Shown piece by piece: positions 1 to 12,589 of a stretch of DNA of 64,000 nucleotides. This DNA is from Okamejei kenojei (Eukaryota). The translations under genes and the position numbers were made by a program. Location of the stretch: NCBI GenBank assembly GCA_035221665.1, contig CM069147.1:25792001-25856000 (forward strand), given 5' to 3'. The notes beneath the pieces were generated by a model. That model worked only from the letters and a program-made list of their open reading frames with translations. It had not been told where the DNA came from and did no database searches. Numbering within the stretch: position 1 is the stretch's first letter; each line of letters starts with the position of its first letter.

Positions 1-1247
1 TAAGGGGGGAGAGAGGTGGGGGAGAGAGAGAAGGGAGTGGGGGAGGTGGAGAGAGGTGGAAGGGCGTGGGGAGAGTGATGAGAGGGAGAGAGTGGAGGGG
101 GGAGAGAAAGGGTGGGAGAGAGTGGAGGAGGAGAGAGTGGAGGAGGAGAGAGTGGGGAGAGAGGGTGTGAGAGAGGTGAGTGAGGAGAGAGAGAACGTGG
201 GAGAGTTAGAAGGGGAGAGTGAGAAGGGGTGGAGAAAAGGCATGGGGTTGGGAAAGGAATGGAGGGGGGGACTGTTTAGAGGGGAGAAAGAGTATTAGCG
301 GGAAAGAGAGAGTAGAGGGGAGAGAGAGATTAGACGGGGGGGGGGAGAGAGAGTACAAGGAAGAGAGAGGGGGGGAGGGGGAGAGAGAGGAGGGGGTGAG
401 TGAGGGGTAGGGGGGGACGAGGGTAGCTGAGAGTTGGAGGGGGAGAGAAAAGGAGGGGGAGGTGGTAAGGGGAGAGGTTGGGGGAGAGGAGGGGTAGAGG
501 TGACGGGGGCGGAAGGGAGGGTGGAGTGGGGGGAGGACAGGGGAGGGTGGAGAGGGGGAGAGAATAAGAGGTGGAGGGTGGAGGTGGAGGGAGTGGAGGG
601 GATAGAGGGGATGGGGCATAGTGGGGGAGAGGGGGTGAGAGGAGAGAGGTGGTGAGGGTGGGGAGAGAGGGAGGGGAGAGGGAGGAGGTGGAGAGATTGA
701 GGGGGCAAAGAGGAGAAGGAGGGAGTGGGGGTGAAGAGAGAAGAGGGGACGAGAGAGGAGGGAGATGGGAGAGTAGGGGGAAAGAGAGGAGGGGGAGAGA
801 GAGGAGGGGCGAGAGAATGGCGGGTGAGACGGTGGGAAAAGGGGTGTGGGGAGAGAGAAGAGAGAGAGAAGGGGAAAGTGGGGAAGGCAGGGGGTGGAAG
901 GGAGGGAGGGAGGGGGAGAGAGAGAGCAGAGGGTAGATAGAGAGTAGAGGGGGAGAGAGAGAGTAGAGGGGAGAGAGAGAGTAAAGAGGGGAGAGAGGGG
1001 AGAGGGGGAGGGAGCGGGGAGAGAGGAGGGGGTGTGAGGGGGAGGGAGGAGACAGGAGGAGAGAGAAGTGGGGGAGAGTTGGAATGGGAGAGAAGTGGAA
1101 GGGAGAAGTGAAGGGGGGAAGAGATGGGGATGGAGGGGAGGGGAGGGTGGAGAGGGAGGGTAGGATAGGAAGGTTGGAGGGGAAGTGGGGGGGTGGAGTG
1201 GGGTGGAGAGGGAGGGGGTGGAGGAAGGGGTAGAGAGAGAGGGGATA
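1..1247. repeat. GA-rich polypurine low-complexity tract
   Basis: Almost only G/A on the + strand. The overlapping ORFs are G/E/R-rich or P/L/S-rich artefacts. Confidence 0.95.
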
Positions 1248-1589
1248 GGACAACCTGCTCTATTTGATCTTGATTGTACACGCCAGACCGCCTAAAGGTT
1301 CCAATCTCCCAATGGGAGCCCTGTCCCATTGTGAAGTCATATCATGTCAGTGAGACCCATTGTGATTGGACATCTGTGAGATAGCGCTGTGACTCATGCA
1401 GCAGCTTGATTTTAAAAAAATGAAGTTTTTTACTAAAAAAAGCAGGGAAATTAATAACCAAATGTTCTAATTTTAAAAACAAAATGTGGAGGACGAAAAA
1501 CTGTACAGGAATATGGTGACACCTGGCCCATCAAACCCCAATATGCCTCTCCCGGGTGACTGTAGCAGAGGTTGGCCTTCCTGGTGGTA

Positions 1590-2890
1590 AACTCACAAAA
1601 ATCAACTGGACCAGATGGAGTTCCTGGCAGTGTCCTTAGTAGCTGCGCGGACCAGCTAGCGGAGTATCCTACTCCGTTCTGAAGTAATCACCTGCATCCA
1701 AAAGACCACCTTCATCCCATTGCCAAAGAAAAGCAAGACCTTATGCCGAAACGAAAACCATCCAGTGGCCTTCACGTCCGCCATCATGAAATGTTTTGAG
1801 AGGCTAGATATGGAACGCATTAAATCCAGTCTACCCCGTGACTTTGACCCACTGCAGTTCGCCTGCTGCCACAACAGCTCCATGGATGATGCCATCACCC
1901 TAACCCTACACACATTCCGAGAAGAGAGGAGAGACACCTACATCAGATTCCTAGATTCAGATTCATAGATTACAGCTCTGCCTTTAATACCATCCCAGTT
2001 CATCACCAAACTCGCAGGACTTGGGGTCAGCACTCATCTCTGCAACTGGATCCTCGACTTCCTGACCAACAGTCCCCAATATGTGAGGATAGGGGACAAA
2101 TCATCCTTCGCGATAACCCTCAACACTGGTGCTCCGCAAGGATGCATTCTCTGCTCCCTTCTTTACTCCTTGTACAACCACGACTGGGCAGCCATGTACA
2201 AACCTAATTCAAGTTTCAAATTCCCAAATGACACCACCATTGAGAGCCGGATATCAAATAATGACGAGACAGAGTGCAGGAAGGAGATTGAGAACTTCGT
2301 GTCTTGGTGTAGAGACAAAAAGCTTTCTCTCAACGTCAGCAAGATAGTGATCGACCTCAGGAAGCAAAGTGGTACACATACCCCAGTTTGCATTGATGGT
2401 GCTGAAGTAGAGAAGGTCGAAAACTTTGAATTTCGCGGAGTCACCAACAACTTCTACTGGGCCCCCCATATTGAAGCAACGACCAAGAATGTACACCAAC
2501 GCTTCTGCTTCCTTAGAAGGCTTAGGAAGTTTGGCATGTCCCCTACATCTCTCACCAACTTTTAAAGATGCACCATAGAAAGCATTTTATCAGGATGCAT
2601 CACAGCTTGGATTGGGAACAGCTCCATGCAGGACCATAAGAAATTGCAGTGAATTGTGGATGCAGCCCAGGCCATCACACAATCCAACCATTCTATAAAT
2701 TCCATTTATACTTAACGCTGCCTTGGCAAGGCCAGCAGCATAATCAAGGGCGAGTCGCACCCTGGCCACTCCCTCGTCTACCCTCTCCCCTTTCCCGTGG
2801 GCAAATTGTGTGAAAACGCACACCACGGCTAGTTTCTTCCCAGCTGCTATCATGCAACTGAATCATCCTACTACGGCCTCTAATCATCTC
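1590..2890 (+). mobile_element. Rex1/Babar-type LINE fragment (decayed reverse transcriptase)
   Basis: Frameshifted RT peptides MKCFERL...DPLQFA...SMDDAI (1720-1968) and LNTGAPQGCILCSLLYSLYNHD...FLRRLRKFGMS (2083-2565). Confidence 0.85.
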
Positions 2891-2899
2891 GGATTAGAG

Positions 2900-3380
2900 G
2901 CCTATTGCAAGAGAGATGTCTCAAGAGTCGGAGCAACATTTTTATTTGTTGTCCACATCACCCATTTGGATTAAAATGTCTATGGCATTGGTAATAAGTT
3001 TGCAGATGTCACGAAATGAGGTGGCATCTTAGTGTGCAGAAGGTTATCAGGATGAGAGCAAGATTTTGGTCAGCTGGGCATGTGGGCGAAATAATATGTA
3101 ATGGAGTTTATTTCAGCTGTGCAAAGTGTTGCAATTTGGGATGTCAATATTGTGTAAGACCTTTACAGTTTTAACGTAGGGCCCTTGGGATGTATTCGGA
3201 AGTCCGAGCAGATCCTTCACTGAAAAGTGCGTCCCGGGTTGTTAGGGTGCAAGGAATGTGTTTGCACGATGGCCTTAAATTAAAAGGACATCGAATATAG
3301 AGGTTGGGAAGTTATGTTTCAGTTGTTCAAGCCACGCGTGAAATGCTAACGCCTGGTCACTCTGCCGTTGAAAACACACA
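2900..3380 (+). mobile_element. Old CR1-type LINE fragment, 5' part, interrupted by the DIRS element (continues 7375-7640)
   Basis: Degenerate match to the CR1 RT 3' region seen elsewhere in the window. The sequence resumes after 7374 (gagagagcgcagagaatatttccgagaattttgccaggactc). Confidence 0.6.
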
Positions 3381-6300
3381 ATTTTACTTCGGAGTCACGT
3401 GAGTGACTACGTGAATAGAAGCCCGGACAGCCGTTGGTGCGTCATGACGTCCGACGCTGGTGCAGTCGGGAACGGTTGGAGCAGCAGCGCTCCTCCGAGC
3501 GGTAAGTTTAAACGGGTTACACGAAAAGCTGGAGAATTCAGCGGGTGCAGCAGCATCTAAGGAGCGAAGGAGATGGGCGACGTTTCGGGTCGAGACCCTT
3601 CTTCAGACTTCACCCTCCATTCTCCAGCATCTGCAGTTTCGTTAACAAGTTTAAACGGGAGGTAAGGTTTGTTGAATACTTTACCACAGGTCATTTTCTG
3701 CGACGGTTGGGAGTAGATATGTTGCAGAAAGTGAGAAGGGTTTAGTCGGCGAGGCGCTCGGGGTAGAAAGAAGAGTGACCGGAGGTGTTGAGGATGGAGG
3801 CCCGTCTGGGTCACCTGGTCCGGTGTGCTGGCTACACAGCCAGTGGTTGCGGACCCACTGCGCGGGGGGCAGAGTGGAGGCTTGCACAGTAGGGCGGAAG
3901 GCCACTGGCAAGTCTCTGTGGCCCGTAGATGTGTCGGGCTGGAGGTTATACCCACGCATAGGAGAGTCCGTTTGTTCACGGCTCTCCACGTCGAGATTCT
4001 ATTACAAACGAATGCTCGACAGGGACCAGCTCCGTGAGGAGGAGTGGTGGCCCAAGACAGGCTGATGGAGAGCTGTGCAAGCAGCACCTGTTTCAGGGCT
4101 GCAGGAACTATCCTACCTGTGAGGAGGATGTTCCAGCTCCTTGAGGAGGTAGTGGTGCCCACCAAGCCAGGCTGATGGAGAGGCTTGTTAGCTAGCAGCA
4201 CTGGTGTTTCAGGGGCTGCAGAACTATCCTGCTGTGAGGAGGATGTTCTATCAGGGCCGTTTGCTGACACTGTTTCTCTGCTGGGGGATAGCAAGGTGTT
4301 CGGTTGGAAGGTTATCCGAACATTGCTGGGAAGTTTGCTGAGTGTTTTAGAGAGACAGGAAAGGCGATTGATGTAGAATTGGCCGAAGCCATTCAGTATA
4401 TGCTCTCCCACCAGTTACAGGAGCTAGCTATAGATGAAGTAGCAAAAAAACTATAAAAAAGATCCTGTTAATTGTGATCTCCTGAAGGTACCGGTGGTTA
4501 ATCACCAAATTTGCATAGATGGGTTTGCCTGCTAGGGCCCAGGAGATGAAGTTTTAAAAAAGTGCTTAAACTGTTGTAAGCAGGTATATTACAAGCTGTG
4601 GTGAAAGTTATTGATTACAAAGTGATATGGTTGAAGCTCACCACCGGTATGAACTGGACTCTTTGCCTTGTAATGTATTTTGAATTAATAATGTCGGGAG
4701 GGCCGCTATTAGGCAGTGCTAACCCGAATTTGGCGAGTTGTGCAAACTGACAGTGTTGTACCACCACGAAATCTGTTGTGTGGTGGTAACCTTGCAGAAA
4801 GGGTCAAAGAACTGTTATGAGGGTTGTTAACCATGGCCTTATTAAGCAGCTGGAAGCAAGGCAAAAAAGGTTCTCTACCCAAGAAGTCGAGGACAACAAG
4901 GCTGCAAGGAAAGATGCTGGTAAGGAATATAAAAAACATTTGACAGACGATGAATTAACTGATGTTCCTGTTCAAATTGGGGAAGGTTAAAATTGTTCTC
5001 AAACAATGCAGCAGTTTTTGACATCAGATTTGTTCTACTTAGTGTATTGAAAGGGTGTGAAAAATTGGATTTTACTATGACAATCTACCTAATCAACATT
5101 TCCTAGTCGTAAACTTATTTTTCTGATGAAGAGGGGAAAATGTGCTTATTCAAGCAGAGATTCACGGTCGTTACATAGAAGGGGTAATTGAGCTTCTGTC
5201 TATCAAAGTCAACAATTTCTGTCAAGTATATTTCCCAGATCTAAAAAGACTGGGGGATGTAGAATTATTCTGGATTTATCGAATTTGAACAAATTTGTTT
5301 GTTAAAGGCATTTCAAAATGGAGAACTTTACCACGGGCAATCATCTAGTGTCCAAAGGGTATTTATATGGCAACCATTGATTTAAAGAATGTGTATTACG
5401 CAGTGTCTATTCAAAGGTGATGATAGAAGATATTTGAAATTTATTTGGATGACTGTGCTGTGGAATTCAGGACATTGCCGAATGGATTAACTTCAGCTCC
5501 TAGGTTATTTACTAAATTGGTAAAACCTGTGTTAGCATTACTTAGAGCTCAGGGGCATGTGGTAATGGCCTATTTGGATGATATTCTGATTGTTGGGAAG
5601 ACTCATGCTGAAACCCAATCATCAGTTTCAGTTGTTAAAATCACTTTTGAACAAATGGGATTTGTTATTCACCCAGATAAATCTAAATTATCACCAGTCC
5701 AAATTATTGATTATCAGGGATTTACCATTAATTCCAATCACATGTTGGTAACTTTGCCCAGGGATAAATTGAATCAGTTAATTGAGGACTGTTAATCTCG
5801 TTGGAGAACAACGGCCTTCGATTAGACAAGTAGCCAGTTTTATTGGGAAGTTGTTGCAGCCTTTCCAGCTGTGCAGTATGGTCCTCTGCATTATCAACAA
5901 TTACAACCATCAAAGGAACAGGCACTGAGAATACAAAGGGGCCATTTTTGGATAGCCTATGCAGTTGTCAGCTGGGGCGATTGCTGACATACAATGGTGG
6001 ATAGTACATGTTTAAAAAAATTTAAGAAGGTTTGGTGGAATCACAGTCACTGATATTACAGACTGATGTAAGTGCACTGGGTTGGGGTGCAACAGATATG
6101 TCTTCTAGTTGTGGATGCAGATGGAATGTGGATGAGACATCACTTCCTCAATTAAGAGGGATTAATTATTTAGAGTTGTTGGGCACCTGGTATGGGCTCA
6201 AAGCTTATTGTTCTACAAGGAGGGATCTGCACGTGCAGGTCAGATTGACAACACCACAGCAGTGGCATATGTAAACCACATGGGTGGAGTTAAGTCACAG

Positions 6301-7374
6301 TCTTGTGATAGACTGGCTAACCAGATTTGGAGCTGGTGTATTGACCAAACTATCTGGCTTTCAGCACTTTATTTGCCAGGAAGAGGTCACGTCAGTTTAA
6401 TGACAACATTGCATAGATGTTAAATCAGGATGTATGTAACCAAATGATTGATCAGTATGCATTGCCAGATATTGACTTGTTTGCATCTCGATTAAATCAT
6501 CAGTTACCTAGATATGTTTCATGGTAACCAGATCCTGGGGCAGTAGCAGTGGATGCATTTTCGCTGCATTGGGGGAGGAATGTTTGTGTATGTATTTCCT
6601 TCATTCTGTCTCATCAGCAGATGTTTGCAAAAGATCAAGGAGGACTCCGCAGATGATCGCTTCTGTATAGTCTCACATTTATCTCGTTACATTGAGATTA
6701 CTAAACCTCTGAGAGGAACAGAGTTGGCTTTGTTTATTAGTCACAAAAAACCACACAGTAAGGTGTCGGTGCAAACGATTTCAAGGTCCTCGCGGCCGCA
6801 GGATGGTCCAGTGAGCTAACTTTTCAGAGGTATTATCACAAGCCGATTTCAAGGCTCGGGGTGTTTGCTAATTCTGGTGTCAGTACTGTTACATTTTTCC
6901 CCTGAGTTAGAGGGGTTTGTTATGATTTGTTTGTAAATAAACAGTTATTTCATTTAACAAATGTATTACTGATGCTGATTGATTGTTAACGACTTTTGAG
7001 TCAATCCAACAGTTTGATGAACGTCGGATTTGAGTCTGCGGCGTGAATTCACAGTGCTTTGAAGTCTTCACGTAGTCACTCACGTGACTCCGAAGTAAAA
7101 TAGTAAGATTAAACGAGAACTTACCAGTTTGAAGTTTGATCTTTATTTTATGAGGAGTCGAGTTGAGGGACTACGTGCCCTCCGCTCCCACCCTCATAGG
7201 TCTCATCTGGTAGTTCTAGTTTTATCATCTTACCGTTATACTTCGGTCATTGTTAGCTGTGAATTCATTCCGCTGCTTTGAAGATTGACGCACCAACGGC
7301 TGTACGGGCTTCTATTCACGTAGTCCCTCAACTCGACTCCTCATAAAATAAAGTTCTCGTTTAATCTTACTATT
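3381..7374 (+). mobile_element. DIRS1-like tyrosine-recombinase retrotransposon, both termini present, coding regions decayed
   Basis: Inverted termini (ctacgtgaatagaagcccggacagccgttggtgcgtca at ~3407-3444 vs its reverse complement at ~7286-7323) and an internal complementary region at ~7069-7177. RT with YLDD (5445-5795), RNase H (QTDVSALGWGA, INYLELL, DNTTAVAYVNHMGG; 6032-6423), methyltransferase-like DLFASRLN (~6474-6497) and a YR fragment (LFISHKKPHSKVSVQTISR). ATT at both junctions. Confidence 0.92.
3579..3606 (-). ncRNA. Minimal hammerhead ribozyme core in a Penelope-like terminal-repeat fragment (inserted in the DIRS)
   Basis: Minus strand reads CUGAAGA-A-GGGUC-UC-GACCC-GAAACGUC: CUGANGA and GAAA boxes, paired helix II, ACGU palindrome before the cleavage triplet. 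Confidence 0.6.
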
Positions 7375-8181
7375 ATACATGAGAGAGAGCGCAGAGAATA
7401 TTTCCGAGAATTTTGCCAGGACTCAAAGAACTGAGAGGCAGGAGTAGCGATCCAGACAGGTACGATAGTGGCATTTTCATGACTTTGCATATGTGTATGG
7501 ATGTGCAGGGAAATGAATTGTATGGATTACAGTATGTGTAGGTAGATAGCGATTGTACTGCTCATCGTGTTCGGTGCCGACATCGTGAGAAGCAGGGTCT
7601 GACCTTGTGCTGTACTCAGTGTTCAAGAGTTCTAATTGAGACGAGAGGGCTGACTCGGTGCTGTATGACTGTGTGACTCCATGCCGATGTATAAAAGCAA
7701 GGTCGCCATTGAGGTTTATTCGCATTTTTAGAGGTACAACAGATAGAATCAAAACCATTAATGTAGTGGACGTTTTGAGAGATTTCAATCACAAATTACA
7801 CAATGGAAACAGATCCTTCGTTCCACCGAGGCCATGCCGAGTATTGATGTCGATCAGAAAGTGTGGGAAAAGTTGGGGGAATTTTCGGTTCATTATCTCC
7901 CAAATAAAGAATGAGAATATGAATGAACATATAATTTCTGGTTTGAGATTTAAGATGACAACAGCAATGTAAATCGGTAAATACAGTGAGGATAAATAGG
8001 TCGTTTCGGCTTTGCACATGAAACCATGCTCTTAATTGCCGCTCTGATATGCGATTCCATCCCGAAGCATTATTCAATGGATCCCACCTCCAACGATTGC
8101 ATTTTCTCCCATGATGAATCTTTCCACACAGGTTTCATTTGATTGCAAAATACAGAATGAAATACAGAAAGCCCTTCGTCC

Positions 8182-8923
8182 CAGGGGCGGAAATCGCTGT
8201 CAAAACATGGGGGGGGGGGCACCATTTTTTGGTGCCCGCAAGCGCACACACACACGCGCGCGAGAATTCGCAGGCTTCTGCCGTGGGCCCTGTGGACGGT
8301 AAGATCGGGATCTGACCTGGTTGGTGACCGACTCTGAACTCCAGCAACAGCAGCTTCGTGCGCCCCGAATCATGGGGCTTCAATCGGCCCGTTCGGGGGC
8401 CCTTCATCGCCCAGCGCGGCTTCAAACCTGCCGCGGGCTCTTCCATCCCCCGGCGGGAGCTTCAACATCGGGAACCAGCAATTTGACGGTGGGGCGGTGA
8501 AAGATCCCGCGGCCGCGTCTCGCCGGGTGATGAATAGCCCCGCGAATGGGCCGATTCGAACTCCCCTCCATGATCTTTGCTCCACCAGGACGCCTCCCTC
8601 CTCCAGACACCACACTGTATCCTCAGTCCCACCCCCTACTTCCGCCTCTGACCGATACCTCCCTCCTCCAATCATCGCACTAAATCGACATGTCCCGCCT
8701 CCTCCCCCCCTGCTTCCTGCTGACCGACGTCTCTCTCGTCCAATCGGCGCCCTTGATCGTCAGTTCCACCTCCTGTCTCGCGGAAAGCGGAGATTTTTAA
8801 TAGATTTTTTTAAACCGAATTTCAAAATCCGGATTACAAAACATGGGGGGGGGGGATTGTCCCCCATCCATCAAAACATGGAGGGGATGTGTCCCCCTGT
8901 CCCCACCGGGATCTCCACACATT
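8182..8923. mobile_element. Non-autonomous DNA transposon (hAT-like ends)
   Basis: Starts caggggcggaaatc and has aaaacatggggggg subterminal motifs at both ends. The right end is degenerate. The ends are of the same family as 10027-12401. Confidence 0.5.
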
Positions 8924-9452
8924 CCCACTGAAGCCACTAGTTCTACATTATCCCACTTTCGGATTTACACACTGCAGATTAACCATATTAATCCATGCCT
9001 ATATAATCTCCAGTACACAAAGTTCCGATTCGGGTTCTTATTAATCATTTCCCCTCTCAGCATACAACCATGTCATTTAGTTCTTGATTGCTCAATCCCG
9101 TGGAAAATATTCTGTGCATTCACCCTATCTACTTATCTCATGATTTCTCCTCGGGTGTCACGAGTAAAGGTATTCTTATTTCGTCCCTTGGCAGTGCTTC
9201 TATTCCATGCCATCAGTTCCCAATCTACAGTATGACACATTGGTTGACAATGGAACGATTCACGCAGGTATGTCTGAAAGGTTCTCATTCTTTCTGTCCT
9301 GCGGCTTCTCCCCCACAAGAGTAGATGGAACCCTTGCTTGAAGCTCATTTAGTTCCTGAACTAATCGTTACTTTCAACCCCACCAGTCTCCACATCCAAA
9401 GCGTTATGCAAAGTAACTCATAGAAGCGTTAATAAGATCCCACCATCATGGA

Positions 9453-10018
9453 GTCATAGCATGATACATTGTGGAAACAGGCCTCTCGGCCGAACTTGCC
9501 CACACCGACCAACAATGTCCCAGCTACACTAGTCCCATTTCCCTGCGCTTGATCCATATCCCTCCAAACCTGTCCTATCTATGAACCTGTCTAACTGGTT
9601 CTTAAATGATGGGATGTTCCCAGCCTCAACTTCCTCCTCTGGCAGCTTGTTTCATACACCCACCACCCTTTGTGTGAAAAAGTTACCCCTCAGAATCCTA
9701 TTAAATATTTTCCCCTTCACCTTGAACCAAAGTCCTCTGGTCCTCGATTCCCTTGCTCTGGGCAGAAGACTCAATAGACAATCGACAATAGGTGCAGGAG
9801 TAGGCCATTTGGCCCTTCGAGCCAGCACCGCCATTCAATGTGATCATGGCTGATCATCCCAAATCAATACCCCGTTCCTGCCTTCTCCCCAAATCCTCTG
9901 ACTCCGCTATTTTCTAAGAGCCCTATATAGCTCTCTGTGCATTCACCCGATCTATTCCTCTTATGTTTTTGTATACATCTATAAGATGTCCTGTGCTCCA
10001 TTGAAGACCCAGCCTACT
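9453..10018 (-). mobile_element. CR1 LINE 3' fragments (nested)
   Basis: Minus-strand peptide RTRGLWFKVKGKIFNRILRGNFFTQRVVGV plus the CR1 3' UTR motif aggtgcaggagtaggccatt. Confidence 0.8.
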
Positions 10019-10026
10019 CAACCTGC

Positions 10027-10964
10027 TAAGGGCGGAAATCACTTTTAAATCATGAGGGGGTGGGGTACAATTGCCTGGCGACCCGATGACGAGTGTGCAT
10101 GACAACTAACACATTTATCTCCTCCCATCCAAAGTTTCTTTATCTATGTTTTTGTTAGTTTGTGACAAGTTTACTGTGTTGTTTTTTCTCTCTCTCTCTC
10201 TCTCTCTCTCCTCCAAGGTTAGTTCTTATGTTTACCTTTATTTGCTTCAGTTTTATTCAGTGTTACTTATCACGCTGTAGCTTTTGAAAGATTTAAGCGA
10301 GTATCGGACGATCGTTAATGCCCCTGTCCCACTTAGGAAACCTGAACGGAAACCTCTGGAGACCTTGCGCCCCACCTAAGGTTTCCGTGATGTTCCCGAA
10401 GGTTCCGGTCACTCTCCCTAATGGTGGAAAGTGGTTTCCGTGTAGTCGAGCCTTCTTCTATGTTCCTGCAATTACTTTTTTTTTAAACGGCCTTGACTAA
10501 AAATAGGTTGCGGTTTGGTCGAAGCCAGTGGAGTGGGGTTCCTATTTACTTACTGGCAGTCGAACGCAATCTCCTTCGCTGTCCGGCCATTTTGATTGGC
10601 TCGTTGGAATTTTCACGTCGATTTTTGGTTTTCAGGACCTAGAAGATCCGTCGGAAGGTAAAATATCCGCTAACTTAATGAAACTTCTTAAAACTGTCTC
10701 CACTCCTTCTCACCCCCGTTCTCCCCCTTCTCTCCCCTTCTCCCCACTTCTCTCCCCTTCTCTCCCCTTCCCCCCCCTCCCCATCTCTCTCCCCTTCTCT
10801 TCCCCTTCTCTCTCCCTTATCTGTCCTTCTCTCCCCTTCTTTCCCTTTCTCTCCTTCCCTCCCGCGCTCTCTAAAGGACTTACCGTGCTCTGCGGCAGCC
10901 GTTTACCTTTCTGTTCATCGCGCAGCAACGCTCCTCCGCTGCCCCTGGCCCCCATCTTCGCGGC

Positions 10965-11007
<43 letters not shown>

Positions 11008-12401
11008 CGCGGTCGGAACCAAAGATCATTAGATGCAGCTCACGCTTCGGTTGAGGCTTCCCAGGCAAGTGACCAAAACCTGTGGTGACTCATAGAGAGT
11101 GACCGGAACCTCCGGGAACCTCACGGAAACCTTGGGTGCGACGCAAGGTCTCCAGAGGTTTCCGTTCAGCTTTCCTATGTGGGACAGGGGCATAAGGGTC
11201 CTGACCGTGAGTACGGGCTTCCTGGCGTGCAGGTACAGTCCCTCATTCACCCACGTTATTTAGTAATTTTTACCCATAATTTAGAGAAAATGATGGGTAA
11301 AAATTACTAAATAATGTGGGTGAATGAGGGACCGTACCTGCACGCCAGGAATCCCTTGCTCGCGGTCCGGAGCCCTTAATGGCTGTCCGAACGGTCCGAT
11401 GCCCGTTTAAATCTTTCAAAAGCTGCAACGTGATAAATAACACAAAATAAAACTGAAGCAAATAAAGGCAAACATAAGTACTAACTGGAGGGGGACAAAA
11501 TGCACAAACTTCTCACAAACTAACAAAAACATGCATAAATAAACTTTTGATAAACTAACAAAAATAAACATAAACATACTTAATTTGTTTAAATCCATAT
11601 AACATCCCAAAATCATGGGTAAAAATTACTAAATAACGTGGGTGAATGAGGGCCTATACCTGCACATCAGCTCGACCGCCGGATCCCTTAATGACCCTCC
11701 GATACCCGTTTAAATCTTTCCCATCCACCGATACATCCAAAGTTCACAAAGGGTATGAAGAAGGGTCGAGACCCGAAACGTCGCCTATTCCTTCTCTACA
11801 TAGATGCTGCCCCATCCGCTGTGTTCCTCCAGCATATTCCGTCTGCCACCGATGTTCAAATGGTAAGTATACCCGCATCAGATAGTTTTAAGAAATTCTC
11901 GCGTGAATTCTATTGAAAGGAACGCGTCAGTAATACTTGAAGGTCAAAACCAAAGATGGTCAAAACACAATTATATTTACTGAGGAATGCGTATCGACGT
12001 ATTGATTGGTGACGCATCGAAATAACAGTGAGCTATGACAACACATCGTTTTTATCTCAAAATGAAGTGATAAACGACTCGTTCTGCAGTACTCATTAAA
12101 CCCGAGAGCTTTATAAAAATGTAAAATTCCATGGCGGTTTCGCTATTGCTGCAATCTATTTTGTGTATTGTATGAGGAATGGATGAGCGTTTATCTTTAC
12201 CAAAGGATAATTTTCAATTATTTTCAGAGTCAGCTGACCATGCATGCGGCCGCGACTCCTCAGCGCGCGTTCGGATGGTACTGATTGCAAAATATATGTT
12301 TCACAAAACAAACATGTGGGATTGTCCCCCATCTCTCAAAACATGGAAGGAACATACCCCCCTGTGCCGTTGTCCCCACGCCCCCCTGATTTGCGCCAAT
12401 G
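10027..12401. mobile_element. hAT-like non-autonomous DNA transposon containing a long internal palindrome and a nested MITE
   Basis: Imperfect TIRs taagggcggaaatc / gatttgcgccaatg. 8-bp flanking repeat CAACCTGC (10019-10026) / CAACTTGC (12402-12409). Interrupts a CR1 fragment. Confidence 0.6.
10319..11192. mobile_element. PIF/Harbinger-type MITE
   Basis: ~100-bp TIRs (tgcccctgtcccacttaggaaacctgaacggaaacc... / ...ggtttccgttcagctttcctatgtgggacaggggca) with TAA target duplication at 10316-10318 and 11193-11195. Contains a CT-rich tract and (GT)n. Confidence 0.85.
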
Positions 12402-12589
12402 CAACTTGCTCAACCTCTCCCTATAGCCTACACCCTCTAGTCATAGCAACATCCTCGTAAATTAGGGATGAATTCCTCTACGTTTCAGTGTTTTGAAATC
12501 ATTGCCTTCTTCGTGAATCCAAGGTCTTGGCAAAATCCTCGTAAATCGGAGATGTCTTCCTCTTCGTTTCCATGTTTTGAATAAAGGAC

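Noticed and set aside
56-1329. Long ORFs (up to 344 aa) rich in P/L/S or G/E/R
   Set aside because: They arise from a GA-rich low-complexity tract that lacks stop codons; there is no domain signature.
3557-4411. 284-aa minus-strand ORF
   Set aside because: It is antisense to the DIRS gag-like region and has no recognisable motifs.
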